Below, one piece after another: positions 1-19,328 of a DNA stretch of 64,000 nucleotides. The position numbers and the translations under genes are program-made. The DNA comes from Blastocystis sp. Blastoise (Eukaryota; Protista; Bigyra: Opalinata): assembly GCA_039096225.1 (NCBI GenBank), contig JBBPEB010000026.1, forward strand, positions 558,001 to 622,000, written 5' to 3'. Position 1 is the stretch's first letter; each line of letters opens with the position of its first letter. The notes below the pieces were generated by a model. That model ran no database searches and had not been told where the DNA came from. It saw nothing but the letters and a program-made list of their open reading frames with translations.

Positions 1-111
1 ATTATGTTTTATTATTATTATGTTTATTATTATTATGTTTTATTATTATTATGTTTTATTATTATTATTATTTACGATAATTTTTTATATATGTTATTAC
101 TATATCAATAG

Positions 112-3122
<3,011 letters not shown>

Positions 3123-3820
3123 TAAGATTATATATTGTTTCTATATATCTATTTAATAATGTTTTTCTACTCCTTGTTTTTTTAATTATAATAAACATAA
3201 GATCTTTTTCTTCTTAATATATTAAATAAAAAGATATTTTTTAATATAATAAACAAAACAATAGAATAATAAAATATTACTTTGTAATAAATAATTCAAA
3301 AGAAGCATATATATATACTTAAAAAAAGATAAGTGTTTATGAGTATAATGACTTTGAAGTGTTTGAATATACATATAAAAAAAAATAAGAAACAATGTTT
3401 CAAATAATGGGAATAATGTATTTATAAATAAATAAATATAAAATAAAATAGAGAAGAGAGCCTAAGAAGCTAGTATACTTTTTGTTTAAATAATAAATAG
3501 ATATATATATAGAAATAAAAGAAAAAAAATATATATATATAACAATAAAATAGATATAGTAAGAAGAATTGAAGAAAAAAAACACAACTAGAAACTAAAA
3601 AAATAAAATATATAAATAAAAGCAAATATTGAAATGAGTATATATATTAATAGATATATATAGAGGTATATACACATAAAAGGAAATACAAATAATAGAA
3701 AAGATCACATAAGAGATCATGAATATAAAGAATATATATATACATAATGAAAGAAACTATATATATATAATATTAATCAAATAATGAATATTATATATAT
3801 AAGAATAATGAGAGAATCGA

Positions 3821-6155
3821 TTAGTTTTCTTGTTGTTTCTCTTCATTTGATTGTTTATATTTATCAGGAACATCTTTATATAAAACAGATTCATAACGAT
3901 TTACAAACTATATATAGTATAGTATATATATAGATATATATAGTTTATATCTTAATATATATAATATACAACAAAAGAAGAAGAAGAAGAAGAAGAAGAA
4001 ATTTGTTAACAATAATAATAAATATATAAATGTTAAATAAAAAAAATGAAATAGAATATAATAATATTGATAATATAAATATATATACTCTTTTAATAAT
4101 TTCAGGGCTGGCTGAACAAGACTGATTATGACTGATTAATTGATTTTGTTCAAAATATTCACCACAACCTTTACAATAAACATAATAATCATTTTCTTTA
4201 GAACATTCTTCTTTCTTTTCACTTTCGGTGTTATTCCCGTGGGGATCATTCATAAATTCATCAGAAGGATCTATAGGAGTATCCGCATCTTCTTTATTCA
4301 TTTGTTTTTTAGAGTCCTCATTCAATTTCATTTTTATTTCTTCCTGCTCTTTTTTACGGTTATTTCGAGCTTTTACTTTTTCAGGATCAGGTCTATGTAT
4401 ATATATATATATATATTATATTTAATATTATTATTATTATTATTGATAAAATAGAATTATATATATATATATATATTATATTTAATATTATTATTATTAT
4501 TATTGATAAAATAGAATTATATATATATATATATACTTAGGAGCGCCTTCAAATAAGACGAGTACCACGGTCATGTTATCCGTAGAATTCCAATCGAGAC
4601 ACAATTCCAAAAGATCGGAGAGTGCGTCACAGGGGTTTTCACAACTAGCCTATATAAAATATTATTATATTTATTAGTATTTATAATAATACAATTATTA
4701 TATTAATAAATAAAATTCTAATCCATATAAAATAAAAATAATATAATAATACATATATATATACTAATAATTCATCAAGAATTGTAATACATTTTTGTAT
4801 ATCGGGAATAGCGTCCCAAATGCCGTCACATGCAAAGAGGAGATAACGTTGAGAAGCGTTACGTTCGATAATCTTAACGTCAGGTTCAGCAATCACCCAC
4901 TGCTCAGTAGCGGGAACACCCTGCACCTGCTTATAAGAGAAATCACCAAAGGCACGACTAACCTATATATATATATTATTATTATTATATTATAATAATT
5001 ATTATTATATTATTATACTATTATTATTATATTATTATATATATTATTATTATATATTATATATTATATATTATATATTATATATTATATATTATATATT
5101 ATATATTATATATTATATATTATATATTATTATATTATATTATAATAATTATTATTATACTATTATATAATTATATATTAAAGTTAGTTTGATTAATAGT
5201 TAATATAAATAAATAGATACAGCAAGATCTCCTCTGACACGTCCTGTAATAACAGTACCACCTGCCTTACTAATACGATTATACTCTGTATCCTATATAT
5301 ATATATACATTGTATATATAATATATTATATTTATACTTATTATATATGTACTATTTATAATATAATTATTATATATATATATACATTAGAAGGTTTATG
5401 ATCAAAAGAGAGAGGAACAGCAGTTCCATCATTATTTAATACACATCGACTATCTCCTATATATATAATAATAATAATAATATATAAACTATACTATATA
5501 CTAGATAACATAGAATTAAAAAAAATTCTATATATATAATATTAATATATACCAAGATTAGCACATATAATATGAGTAGGAGTAACAAAAGCAGTAATAG
5601 CAGTAGTACCACAATGATCTACACGGTGAGATATTTGATCTTGATAAACAAGTTCATCAAATTGAATATATCCCTTTTTATATACTAATACATAATCTTC
5701 AGGAGTTGTCTAAAAAAATATATATATAAATATATTATTATTATTTTTAATAAAAAAAAAATAGCACTCTATATAGCATATAATTATTTTTTTATAATAA
5801 AAATCAAGTTATATACTTCTTCGCCTTTATAATCTGTTTGAGAAGTCAAACAATCAAGTAAATGATCCATACTATAATTAATAGAAAATGTATTAAAAAA
5901 GACAAAAATAAAACTGGAACAGAATCAAAAAGATAAAAATGCATACCAGTAAGACGAGGCATGAACTCCACCATGTCCATCAAAGACACCAAAGAATCCT
6001 ACTTTCTCATTGCCAGCAAGAGAACACTCAACAAGACAAGCATCCTCCATAGAACTTCTCCACCCTTGCATAGATGATACGTAAGCTCTAAATCCATTAC
6101 CACTAGCTTGAGCTGTATCCTTTTTTGTAATTGGTTTATCTAAATATGCTCCCAT
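3821..6155 (-). CDS. PP2C/PPM protein phosphatase with C-terminal CxxC-x11-H-x3-C finger, multi-exon
   Basis: MGAYLDKP, SMQGWRSSMED, FFGVFDGHGG, ANLGDSRC, SRAFGD, ACDGIWD, DNMTVVLV. Splicing 4536/4394 and 4088/3908 keeps the frame to stop TAA at 3821. Confidence 0.93.
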
Positions 6156-6986
6156 AGTATTTTCTTTTCTTTCAAATGATTCAGAATATCTTCAAAAGAA
6201 TAATTATATAACAATTCTGTATTTAATAATGATATTATCCTGAGGATAAACCTATTTACTTTATTTTTTGTGTAAATAGGTAAACACAGAGGCCAAAAAG
6301 TCGACAAAAACCATTCTTTAGAATGTCGGATTGACGGATGCTCATTTTTTGACTTAACGGAAATAAAAAGATTTTGTATTGTAATTTGATTTCTCCCGTG
6401 ATTCTTAAAAAAACGAGATTCTGCAATCAATAAAGAGATATTTAAAACTGAATCATTATTGGTTCTTTTTGAATCAACATGACATATAAGGTTGACTATT
6501 AAAACTCAACTATCTTCGAACAAATGTTATTGATACTTTATTGAGACATTCTTCTTTTTCTCTATTTTTTAATACTATTACATTTTGTTGTCATGAATGT
6601 GTTTTTTTATTTCAATTCTTCAATCACTTTTTTCATTGGCTTCTATTCATAATGTAGACTACTTCAAATATAAATATGACTAAAATTAAGCACAAAATTG
6701 AAATTGAAAAATTTCGATTGAGTCTTTTAATAGTGAAATTTATTTTTAGTTGTTAATAACAACAAAAATAATATTATTATTGAATAAGATTTGATATATA
6801 TGACAAGGAAATAGGAAAACAATTTGAATTCTTTTGTGGACATAATTTTGGGAAAAAAAGAATAAATTGCTCAAATAAAAAATATAATCACGAGAAAAGC
6901 ATTTTTTATATATTCACTTATTATTTTAAATAGAGAAAGATTTATCCATCATTTTCACACTTGATCTATAGCAACGTTTTGTTAAA

Positions 6987-7769
6987 ATGATGCCAAAAAA
7001 TAGAAATGCAAAAAGAAGAGTAATCCGGGATAGTGAAGTATTTGAATCAAATCCACCTCCTGGAATCTCTGTGATTCTTGATGAAAATAATATTATGAAA
7101 TGGAAGGCATGTATCATAGGGTATATAATAATCTATTTTTTTTGTTTGTTTCTATTTTATTTTGGTTATTTATTTTTATTTATTGATATAATATCATTTT
7201 GAATATAGTCCAGATGATACACCTTTTGAAGGAGGTACATTCTTTTTAGACATTGAGTTCACAGACGATTATCCAAATACACCTCCACACATTAAATTTC
7301 AGTCGAAAATGTATCATCCAAATATATATCCTGATGGCAAGATTTGTTTGGATATATTACAGAATCGTTGGTCACCTGTATATGATACGGCAGCTGTTCT
7401 TACTTCTATACAAGTAAAGTTTTGATTCTATTTTAAATATTTGTTACTTCAATAATATATTATCTTTTCTAATGTCTTTTAGTAATATATTGTTTTTAAA
7501 TGATTATAACGTTTATAATGTTTATAGTCTTTACTTAATGACCCAAATCCTGATTCTCCCGCCAATGTAACGGCCTCAGAAATATACGTAAATAACAAAG
7601 AAGAGTAAGTTATTCATATACTTTCTCTATATTCGTTATATATATATATATTTGTTATTTAAATGCTTATCAATAAATTTTAAAATAACTAATTATATAT
7701 ATATATATTAGATATGTAAAACATGTAAAAGAAACTGTAGAACAAAGTTGGGTATTTAAAGAAAATTAA
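6987..7769 (+). CDS. Ubiquitin-conjugating enzyme E2, Rad6/UBE2A-like, multi-exon
   Basis: [60 protein letters not shown]. Stop at 7767-7769. Confidence 0.9.
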
Positions 7770-8057
7770 AGTATAAAATATAAAGATTTTAAAAAATATC
7801 TTGATACTGTTGTTGTTGTTCATTGCTTTTCAGTATAATTAAATATCTATAATATAATAAATGTATATTAAAAAATACATAAAAAACACAAATATTTATT
7901 ATGTTTTATTATATTATATTATTCAGTATTTTTGTTTATAAATATTTGTTTAATATTAATTATAAGTGGAAAATTCTTTATTTAAATATGTATATAATTG
8001 GTTTCAACAAAACATATATTCATAATAGACTATTCTTAAAGGATCATAATATAGAAT

Positions 8058-12551
<4,494 letters not shown>

Positions 12552-12854
12552 AATAATATCAAATTATTTGTATATAAAGCAAATAAAAAAGAAGATTGCT
12601 ATAGCGCCAAAACCAAATTTATTTTGTTTTTCTTTATTGTCATCATTATCTTGATTGTTTTTATATCAAGTTGTATTCTATTAATAATCAAATAATATCC
12701 AACAAAACAACGAGTCAATTACAAAAAAAAATAAACATTAGGTACATCAATTAACTTATAATTTTCAAGTAACAAGAAAAATAAAATATATTTTAATAAA
12801 TGTTATATGTGAATATTCAAGTCATAAAGTCAAAGAATTAAATAAATAGAATAA

Positions 12855-13625
12855 TTACATAGAACTGGCAATACCAATAACACCTCCAGCAATAGCAGGA
12901 CCTACATTACCATTAATTAAACTATTTTCATTACCTCCCTATATATATATATAATTAAAACAAAAATAATATAAAGATATTAATATTCATTTTAAAAAAT
13001 AAATATATTTTAATAAAATAATATAATTTAATAAAATAAATATATTTTAATAAAAAATTTAAAATATATCAAGTATAAAAATATATAAATCTATAGAATA
13101 TACCTTGCCTAAATCATCAGGTTGAGTATAAATAATAATAGAACGACCAATAACAGATTGAGGTCCAATTAATTTTACATATTTATCTTCAAAATTAAAA
13201 GTACAAGAATCATTAGTAGCAGTAATGTTACCTATAAAGAATAAAATATATATATATATATGTTATTAAAGAGATTATCGAAATATCAAATTATACCTAA
13301 ACTACCAACATGTCTTTCATCATCGTTTCTATCACCGTGTTGTTTACCAAAAGGATTGAAATGACCACCTTTACATCATAATGAAATTATTCTTTTTTAA
13401 ATAATAAATAGTTAGACAGATAAATGAATAAAAATTGTGTTACTTACCACATTTATTGAAGTTGTTAGTGAGATCACCAAAAACATTAATACTCATACCA
13501 TGATCACCAGATAATAATCCATTGATCTTTCCACTGAAGAGAGTAGGAGCATCTTCAGAAGCTTGAGAAAGATAAATGTTACCAGTGATACCGTTACCGG
13601 AAATATAGCAGACAGCTTTAGCCAT
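12855..13625 (-). CDS. Cu/Zn superoxide dismutase-fold protein lacking most copper ligands (4 exons)
   Basis: Spliced product MAKAVC...HGMSINVFGDLT...GGHFNPFGKQHG...RHVGSLGNI...IGRSIIIYTQPDDLGKGG...GNVGPAIAGGVIG is collinear with SOD1. Confidence 0.9.
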
Positions 13626-14062
13626 TATTATTGATTAATATACAATTAAAGTATAGGCACAAAATGTATGTAAAACTTATAAAAAAAACCAACCAAGAAA
13701 AATGAATTGTTTATGAAAAATAATCACGGTTTTATTTTTCATCTAACTATAAAAAGCAAAATAATAATTCATTTTTATTATCTTATAAAAATGACTCAAT
13801 AGTTTGTTCTGATTACTTTTTTGTATATAAAACGATTATTTGGAAGTTTGTTTCATATAGGAGACAATTTATTAGTCCATTTGTCAATTTAAGAATCAAT
13901 CAAAAGAAATCATTTAAAAATTATATCAGTTCACTATGTGTAGTTGAATTGTCATATAAAAAAATAATTTTTTTTTTAATATAAATATTAGAAACAAAAC
14001 AAAAATATGTAAATCAATTGAAAAATTCAAAAAATATATATATTGAACAATGTATTCAGAGT

Positions 14063-15844
14063 TTAACCGATGATAGGATAATCTTGGAAGGTCATCTTAT
14101 CAGCAATCTTTTCAGTTTCAAGAATGATAAGTTCATTTTGAGGTCTGACAATAGGAGAAGGAGTATAAAGGGTAAATTGAGGACCATTTTGCCAATATCT
14201 ACCAAGATTAAATCCATTAACCCAAGCAACACCTTTACCCCATCCCTTATAATATAAGAAAGTATCAGCAATCTTATGAGCAGCAAATTCAGTCTTATAG
14301 AAAACAGGAAGTTGAGTAGGAAGTTCATCCTTAAATTCAACCTTACTAATATCAGAAAGATCAATTACATAGTTTAAGAAACCATTAATTTGTTTACCAT
14401 TAAGAAGAACACCTTTAGGAAGACCATGTCTTTCTTGCATTTGAGGATCATAATTAATACGACCAAGAACTTCAACAAGAATCTCAAGTTCACCAGTTTC
14501 ATTAATAGTATATTCCTTATTACTATCAGAACGATGATGGACACCAACATACTTCTTATTAATATATACATAAGCTTGATCTCTAATGGTAGGAATCTTA
14601 ACAGTACCAGTTTCATTGACTTGAGTAGTATAAAGAACATAACCATAATCATGATCTAATAATTCAGTAGCAATAGGTTGTTCACTTTCAACAGGTTTAC
14701 GAGCAATCTTTTCAAAAGCATCCCAGAAAGAAACACCTTGAGTAAACTTAACATCACCAAAAGCAGCTTTAGTATAGTTCTTAACTTCAAATTCACGAAC
14801 AGGAATATACTTCTTAATAACTTCACGAATAGCATATAATTTAGAAGTAGCATCAGTACATTCAGAAAGAGGAGCATCATAATCATAGTTAGTAGGATCA
14901 GATTGATAAGAATCACCACCACCATTAGCACCAGCAAACCAAGCAAAGTTAGTACCACCAATATACATATAGAAGTTTACAGAGGCACCTACAGCAAGCA
15001 TTTCATCAAGAGTCTTGACAATAGATTCAGTAGAAACACGATGATGACCTTCACCCCAATGATCTAACCAACCAGGATAGAATTCAGAATTAGTTAATGG
15101 GAATTCCTTATCATATTTACGAAGAGTATTGAAAGCAGCATTAACATCACGTCCAGTACCAAAATCGCAAGACATATAAGTACCTTCAACATTACCACAA
15201 GTAAGAGAGCCATCACTAGGAGGATCCATAGTAAAGAATAAAGTTTCATCACCTAAGAGTTTATGATTTAAAGCAACAAGATGTTTAAGATAATCCTTAT
15301 CACATTTACCATATAAACCATATTCATTTTCAATTTGAACAGAGATGATATTACCACCATTTCTATATAAGAAAGGAACAAACTTAGGAAGAAGAACATT
15401 AAACCAATCATCAACGTGTTTAAGGTAAGCAGCATTATTAACACGAATAGTTAAGTCATCTTCTTTAACTAACCAATAAGGAAGACCACCAAAATCCCAT
15501 TCAGCACAAATATAAGGACCAGGTCTCATGATAACATAAAGACCATACTTTTGAGCAAGAGCTAACCATCTTTCAATATCAGCAATACCCTCAAAGTTAA
15601 AAACACCCTTTTGAGGTTCATGAAGATTCCAAGCAACATAAGTTTGAACAGCATTAAGACCACCAGCAACCATCTTTTGGAAAACATCTTCCCAACGATC
15701 AGGATGAACTCTGAAATAATGGAAAGAACCAGAAACATATTGGAACTTTTGTCCATCCATGTAAAAAGTCTGATTCTTTACTTCAAAAGAACGTTCGGCA
15801 CAAACAAAGGCCAGAAGTAACGCAAAACAAAATAAACGATTCAT
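14063..15844 (-). CDS. GH35 beta-galactosidase, secreted/lysosomal, intronless
   Basis: Signal peptide, SGSFHYFR, RPGPYICAEW, QIENEYG (acid/base), SEFYPGW (nucleophile), NFYMYIGGTNF, YDYDAPL, NGFNLGRYW. Confidence 0.96.
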   Translation of the reverse strand: MNRLFCFALLLAFVCAERSFEVKNQTFYMDGQKFQYVSGSFHYFRVHPDRWEDVFQKMVAGGLNAVQTYVAWNLHEPQKGVFNFEGIADIERWLALAQKYGLYVIMRPGPYICAEWDFGGLPYWLVKEDDLTIRVNNAAYLKHVDDWFNVLLPKFVPFLYRNGGNIISVQIENEYGLYGKCDKDYLKHLVALNHKLLGDETLFFTMDPPSDGSLTCGNVEGTYMSCDFGTGRDVNAAFNTLRKYDKEFPLTNSEFYPGWLDHWGEGHHRVSTESIVKTLDEMLAVGASVNFYMYIGGTNFAWFAGANGGGDSYQSDPTNYDYDAPLSECTDATSKLYAIREVIKKYIPVREFEVKNYTKAAFGDVKFTQGVSFWDAFEKIARKPVESEQPIATELLDHDYGYVLYTTQVNETGTVKIPTIRDQAYVYINKKYVGVHHRSDSNKEYTINETGELEILVEVLGRINYDPQMQERHGLPKGVLLNGKQINGFLNYVIDLSDISKVEFKDELPTQLPVFYKTEFAAHKIADTFLYYKGWGKGVAWVNGFNLGRYWQNGPQFTLYTPSPIVRPQNELIILETEKIADKMTFQDYPIIG

Positions 15845-16830
15845 TTTTATTTTTACTTTTATTATAATCTAACAATCTAGAAAGATAAAAGAAAATATGC
15901 AAAAACATCTTTTGGAAACATTATATTCTTGTACTTGGACCACAAATAATAGGCTCCTAATACCTATTGTGGTTTTCTAATAAAGATCGATGTTTCAGGG
16001 CTCATTCATTATTTATACCCTCTATCTTGATTGTTTAGAAATTAACCAATAAAAACAGAATATCAATTTTGACGAATGCTTCCTAATCAACTCATTTGCT
16101 TTGTTATGATCTTCGAAAAAAATGAATGGTTCTCGTCACTCAAGTCTTTTTTGAAATACAGTTTTTCTTGGCATTGGTGTTTTCTTGATCAGCGACATAT
16201 TCTATTATTATGCATTTAGATTGCTTTTAATTTCTCTACTATTCGTAAATTCCATAATGTGGTTGATACTGATGAGTAAATTAAAACACGTCTCTAACAA
16301 ATAAATAAACTAATGAAACAATTGTATCATTTAGAATAAAAAGAAATGCTTTCATTGAAAAAAAAAGTATTCTTTTATGAAAATAGATGCTTAATCAGCT
16401 TGAATTAATTCTGTGATAATTCATATGACAATTTGAAAGGAAAAAAACTCATTTGGCAATGTGAAGCAAAACAATCAAATTTATTGTTAAAACACATCTA
16501 GAGGATTATCATATTGACGTAAAAATACAAACTTGTAACGAATTGTGACGAAACAAATATCGAAAAATAATGCGTGTTTATATTACAACCTCATGAAGCC
16601 GTATTCTATTGCTTATATATTGTTAAATTCATGACTCCTTTAAGAAAAATATTCATGAATACGTCATCTCATCAAAATGTATATGGATTACGTATATATC
16701 AATATTAATAACAGATAACTTAAAATTATTACAAGCAATCAATGATATATTAAAACAATAATAGTCAATAGTATTCAAGAAGAAAAGAAAAACTAAAGTT
16801 TTCTAGAAAAATTACTGCTGGAATACAACT

Positions 16831-16972
16831 TCAGCGTTCGCCATAGGCTACCCAGGGTAGGGACTCTACCCCAGACAATTTTTGTCCTACGCCTTGAGCC
16901 GCCAGAAGTACTCTTAAAACTGGCTCTTTTGGGAATTCTGTACCCCAGCAGAGTCTTCGTGGCGAACCCTGA
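16831..16972. ncRNA. Candidate structured non-coding RNA of unknown class
   Basis: Isolated GC-rich island. Its ends pair (TCAGCGTTCGCCA 16831-16843 with TGGCGAACCCTGA 16960-16972, 12/13). Internal hairpins GGGTAG/CTACCC, GACAA/TTGTC and GCCAG/CTGGC. Confidence 0.45.
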
Positions 16973-16989
16973 TTTCAATCTTATTTTTA

Positions 16990-17144
16990 AAGTACCTGTA
17001 CCAGAGTGACCTCCTGTACCAAAGTGACCCGTTTTTGTTTTGTTTCCATATTTACGGGAAAAAATATTTTTTCACTGTATTTTATAAAGATAAACATGTA
17101 AATAACATTTTTTCAATAAAAATAGTTTTTTTTTCTGTTTAAAA
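16990..17144 (+). repeat. Left TIR of outer transposon
   Basis: Reverse complement of 45846-46000. Contains tandem CCTGTACCA(G/A)AGTGACC repeats, probable transposase-binding sites. Confidence 0.93.
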
Positions 17145-17209
17145 AAGGTTTTTAAGAACAGAAATAGTATAATTTTTAAAATTTTCACAAGGAAAAAACG
17201 GAAAATATA

Positions 17210-17232
17210 TTCTAGAACTTTCTAGAATATTC
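17210..17232. promoter_or_regulatory. Heat-shock-element-like array (outer transposase promoter)
   Basis: TTCtaGAActTTCtaGAAtaTTC. Lies about 110 bp upstream of ATG 18881 once the inner transposon is removed. Confidence 0.6.
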
Positions 17233-17249
17233 TTTTTGTATTCAGTTAA

Positions 17250-18786
17250 CACCCATGGGAAAAACCCGAAAAAAAGGTAAAAACCCGAAAAACTTCTGTT
17301 TTTTGAGGTCAGTTTTGTGTTTTTTTTCTAGTTTTTATAAAGATTATACAACTAAAATAATGATTTGCAGATATTCTGCAGCTTTTAAAGACGTTCCTGA
17401 TAAAGTTGAACGTGCTGCACTTGTTTATACAAATGCTAAAACTGATTATGGAAAACATGGATTTACATACATGGAAGTTGCTAACTATTTTGATGTTACG
17501 TTGTCGTCACTCTACCGTGCTGTAAAGGCTTTAAAGGATAAAAGGCCAATAAGTCATCCTGGAAGACCAAGATATTTAACAAATGATGTAGAAGTCTCTT
17601 TGTGCGATGATTGGAGAATACAAGCGTTAAAAAATGATCCTGTTTCTGTTTTCGATGCTATTAATGATGTCACAAGTGTTATTAACTATAAACATGAAAA
17701 CAAAACTAGAAAACAAAGTCCAGTTTCTCGAAAATATATTTCAAATATTCTTAAGAGAAATGACTTCAAATTGAAGAATGTCAAGGTTGTCACAAGAACA
17801 ACCGATTATCCTCCTCGTGAAGATGTAAAAGTGTTTCTAGATGAACTTCATGAACTTTATAAATCTAATTATTATCGTGACTGTCTTATTTTTAATATGG
17901 ATGAATCCTGGCTTCATTATAATAAAGATAAAAGTTCGATTAAAGTTATTACACCTCCTAATAGTAAAATACTTCGTTTATCGTCAGAGAAAGAAGAACA
18001 TATGACAGTAATTTGTTGTGTTTCAAAAGCAGGTTTTTTTGTACCTTTGGAAATGTTAGTTCCTTTTAAATCTATATCAATATCAGATGTATTATCAAAG
18101 GATTTAGGATCTTTAATTATAAAAGAATCTGCTAAAGGTTGGATGAATAAAAATGAATTTAAGAATTGGATTGACAATGTGTTCTTACCTTATGTAAATT
18201 ATAATAGAAGATTTTCTAAAACAGAAAGAGCTTTATTAATAGTGGATGGACATACAAGTAGATTTGACTCTACTTCATTAATGGAACTTAGAAAAAATAA
18301 TATAGACTGTATATTATTGCCTCCAAATTCAACTTCTATCCTTCAACCACTTGATCATGTAGTGTTTTCTTCTTTTAAAACTGAACTCTGTAAGAAATTG
18401 AAAAGTGGAAATAAGTGTGACTTCATTAAAGCAGGTTATGAGTCACTAATGAATGCTTTGTCGTATAACAATATTAAGCAAGGTTGGGCTCAAACAAATT
18501 TATTTGGTAAGCCAGAAGACGTCTTAGAGTTATTTGAATCCAAAAAAATACAAAATAAGAAAAGAAAAAAAGTCAACATAATTAGCAATGTATTAACCTG
18601 TGAAGAAAATATTAGACGATTATCTGGTATTTCATTAGATGTAACTGTTGTAGAAACAAATAATGATTTTTAATAAATTGTTTTGTTTATATAAATTAGA
18701 AATAATAAATACAACTTCAAAAAATATATGTTCTAATTTCAAATTTTTCGGGTTTTTACCTTTTTTTCGGGTTTTTCCCATGGGTG
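17250..18786 (+). mobile_element. Inner intact pogo/Fot1-like (DD35D) transposon
   Basis: Perfect 43-bp TIRs 17250-17292 and 18744-18786 (CACCCATGGGAAAAACCCG...), flanked by TAA direct repeats at 17247-17249 and 18787-18789. Confidence 0.92.
17255..18673 (+). CDS. pogo-family DDE transposase (HTH + CENP-B HTH + DD35D); true start may be ATG 17360
   Basis: GRPRYL, IFNMDES, KGWMN, LLIVDGHTSR, LPPNSTSILQPLD with 35 residues between the 2nd and 3rd Asp. The first ATG lies inside the TIR. Confidence 0.92.
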   Translation: MGKTRKKGKNPKNFCFLRSVLCFFSSFYKDYTTKIMICRYSAAFKDVPDKVERAALVYTNAKTDYGKHGFTYMEVANYFDVTLSSLYRAVKALKDKRPISHPGRPRYLTNDVEVSLCDDWRIQALKNDPVSVFDAINDVTSVINYKHENKTRKQSPVSRKYISNILKRNDFKLKNVKVVTRTTDYPPREDVKVFLDELHELYKSNYYRDCLIFNMDESWLHYNKDKSSIKVITPPNSKILRLSSEKEEHMTVICCVSKAGFFVPLEMLVPFKSISISDVLSKDLGSLIIKESAKGWMNKNEFKNWIDNVFLPYVNYNRRFSKTERALLIVDGHTSRFDSTSLMELRKNNIDCILLPPNSTSILQPLDHVVFSSFKTELCKKLKSGNKCDFIKAGYESLMNALSYNNIKQGWAQTNLFGKPEDVLELFESKKIQNKKRKKVNIISNVLTCEENIRRLSGISLDVTVVETNNDF

Positions 18787-18880
18787 TAAAACGAATACTA
18801 ACTGGCTTTATCTAATTGTTTTCATATTTTATTCATAATTATTTTATTATTGTTTTTTTTTTAAATAAATTAATTATACG

Positions 18881-19327
18881 ATGAATATAGAAAATATATC
18901 CGAAAATGATAATACTACTAGTATTCCCCTTCCTGATCTTGATATTCTTGATTCTAATTTAACCCTAAATCAAGTTCTGAATCATCCTGAAGTTGAGAAA
19001 GAAAGAAGTCCTAGAAAGAAGTCCTGTGCTATAAGAAAAGTGTTTAATGGAAAGAATGGTATGAAGAAATTATCCTTATCTAGTATTAGTGCTATCACTA
19101 AAGTGTCTCCGTCTACAATAAAACGTTCTGAAAAGAAACTGAATGAAGATGTATCACTTAATAATCGTGGTAATCAACATGTTCTTAATGAAAATGAAGA
19201 AGTAGAAATAATAGAATGGATTAAGTCACAAATTAATGTGAATAACTGTCCTTCGAAGAATGAAATAGCTGAAGAAATACGTAAGAGATCAATTGAAAGA
19301 TGTCGAAACGGTATTGGCTGTATTATT
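18881..19327 (+). pseudogene. N-terminal (HTH) half of outer transposase, interrupted by the viral insertion
   Basis: GNQHVLNENEEVEIIEW... aligns without gaps to the inner transposase. Joins in frame to 44753. Confidence 0.88.
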
Positions 19328-19328
19328 A

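Noticed and set aside
16793-16978. 61-aa ORF over the GC-rich island
   Set aside because: Non-ATG start and no motifs. Base-pairing pattern better fits a structured element.
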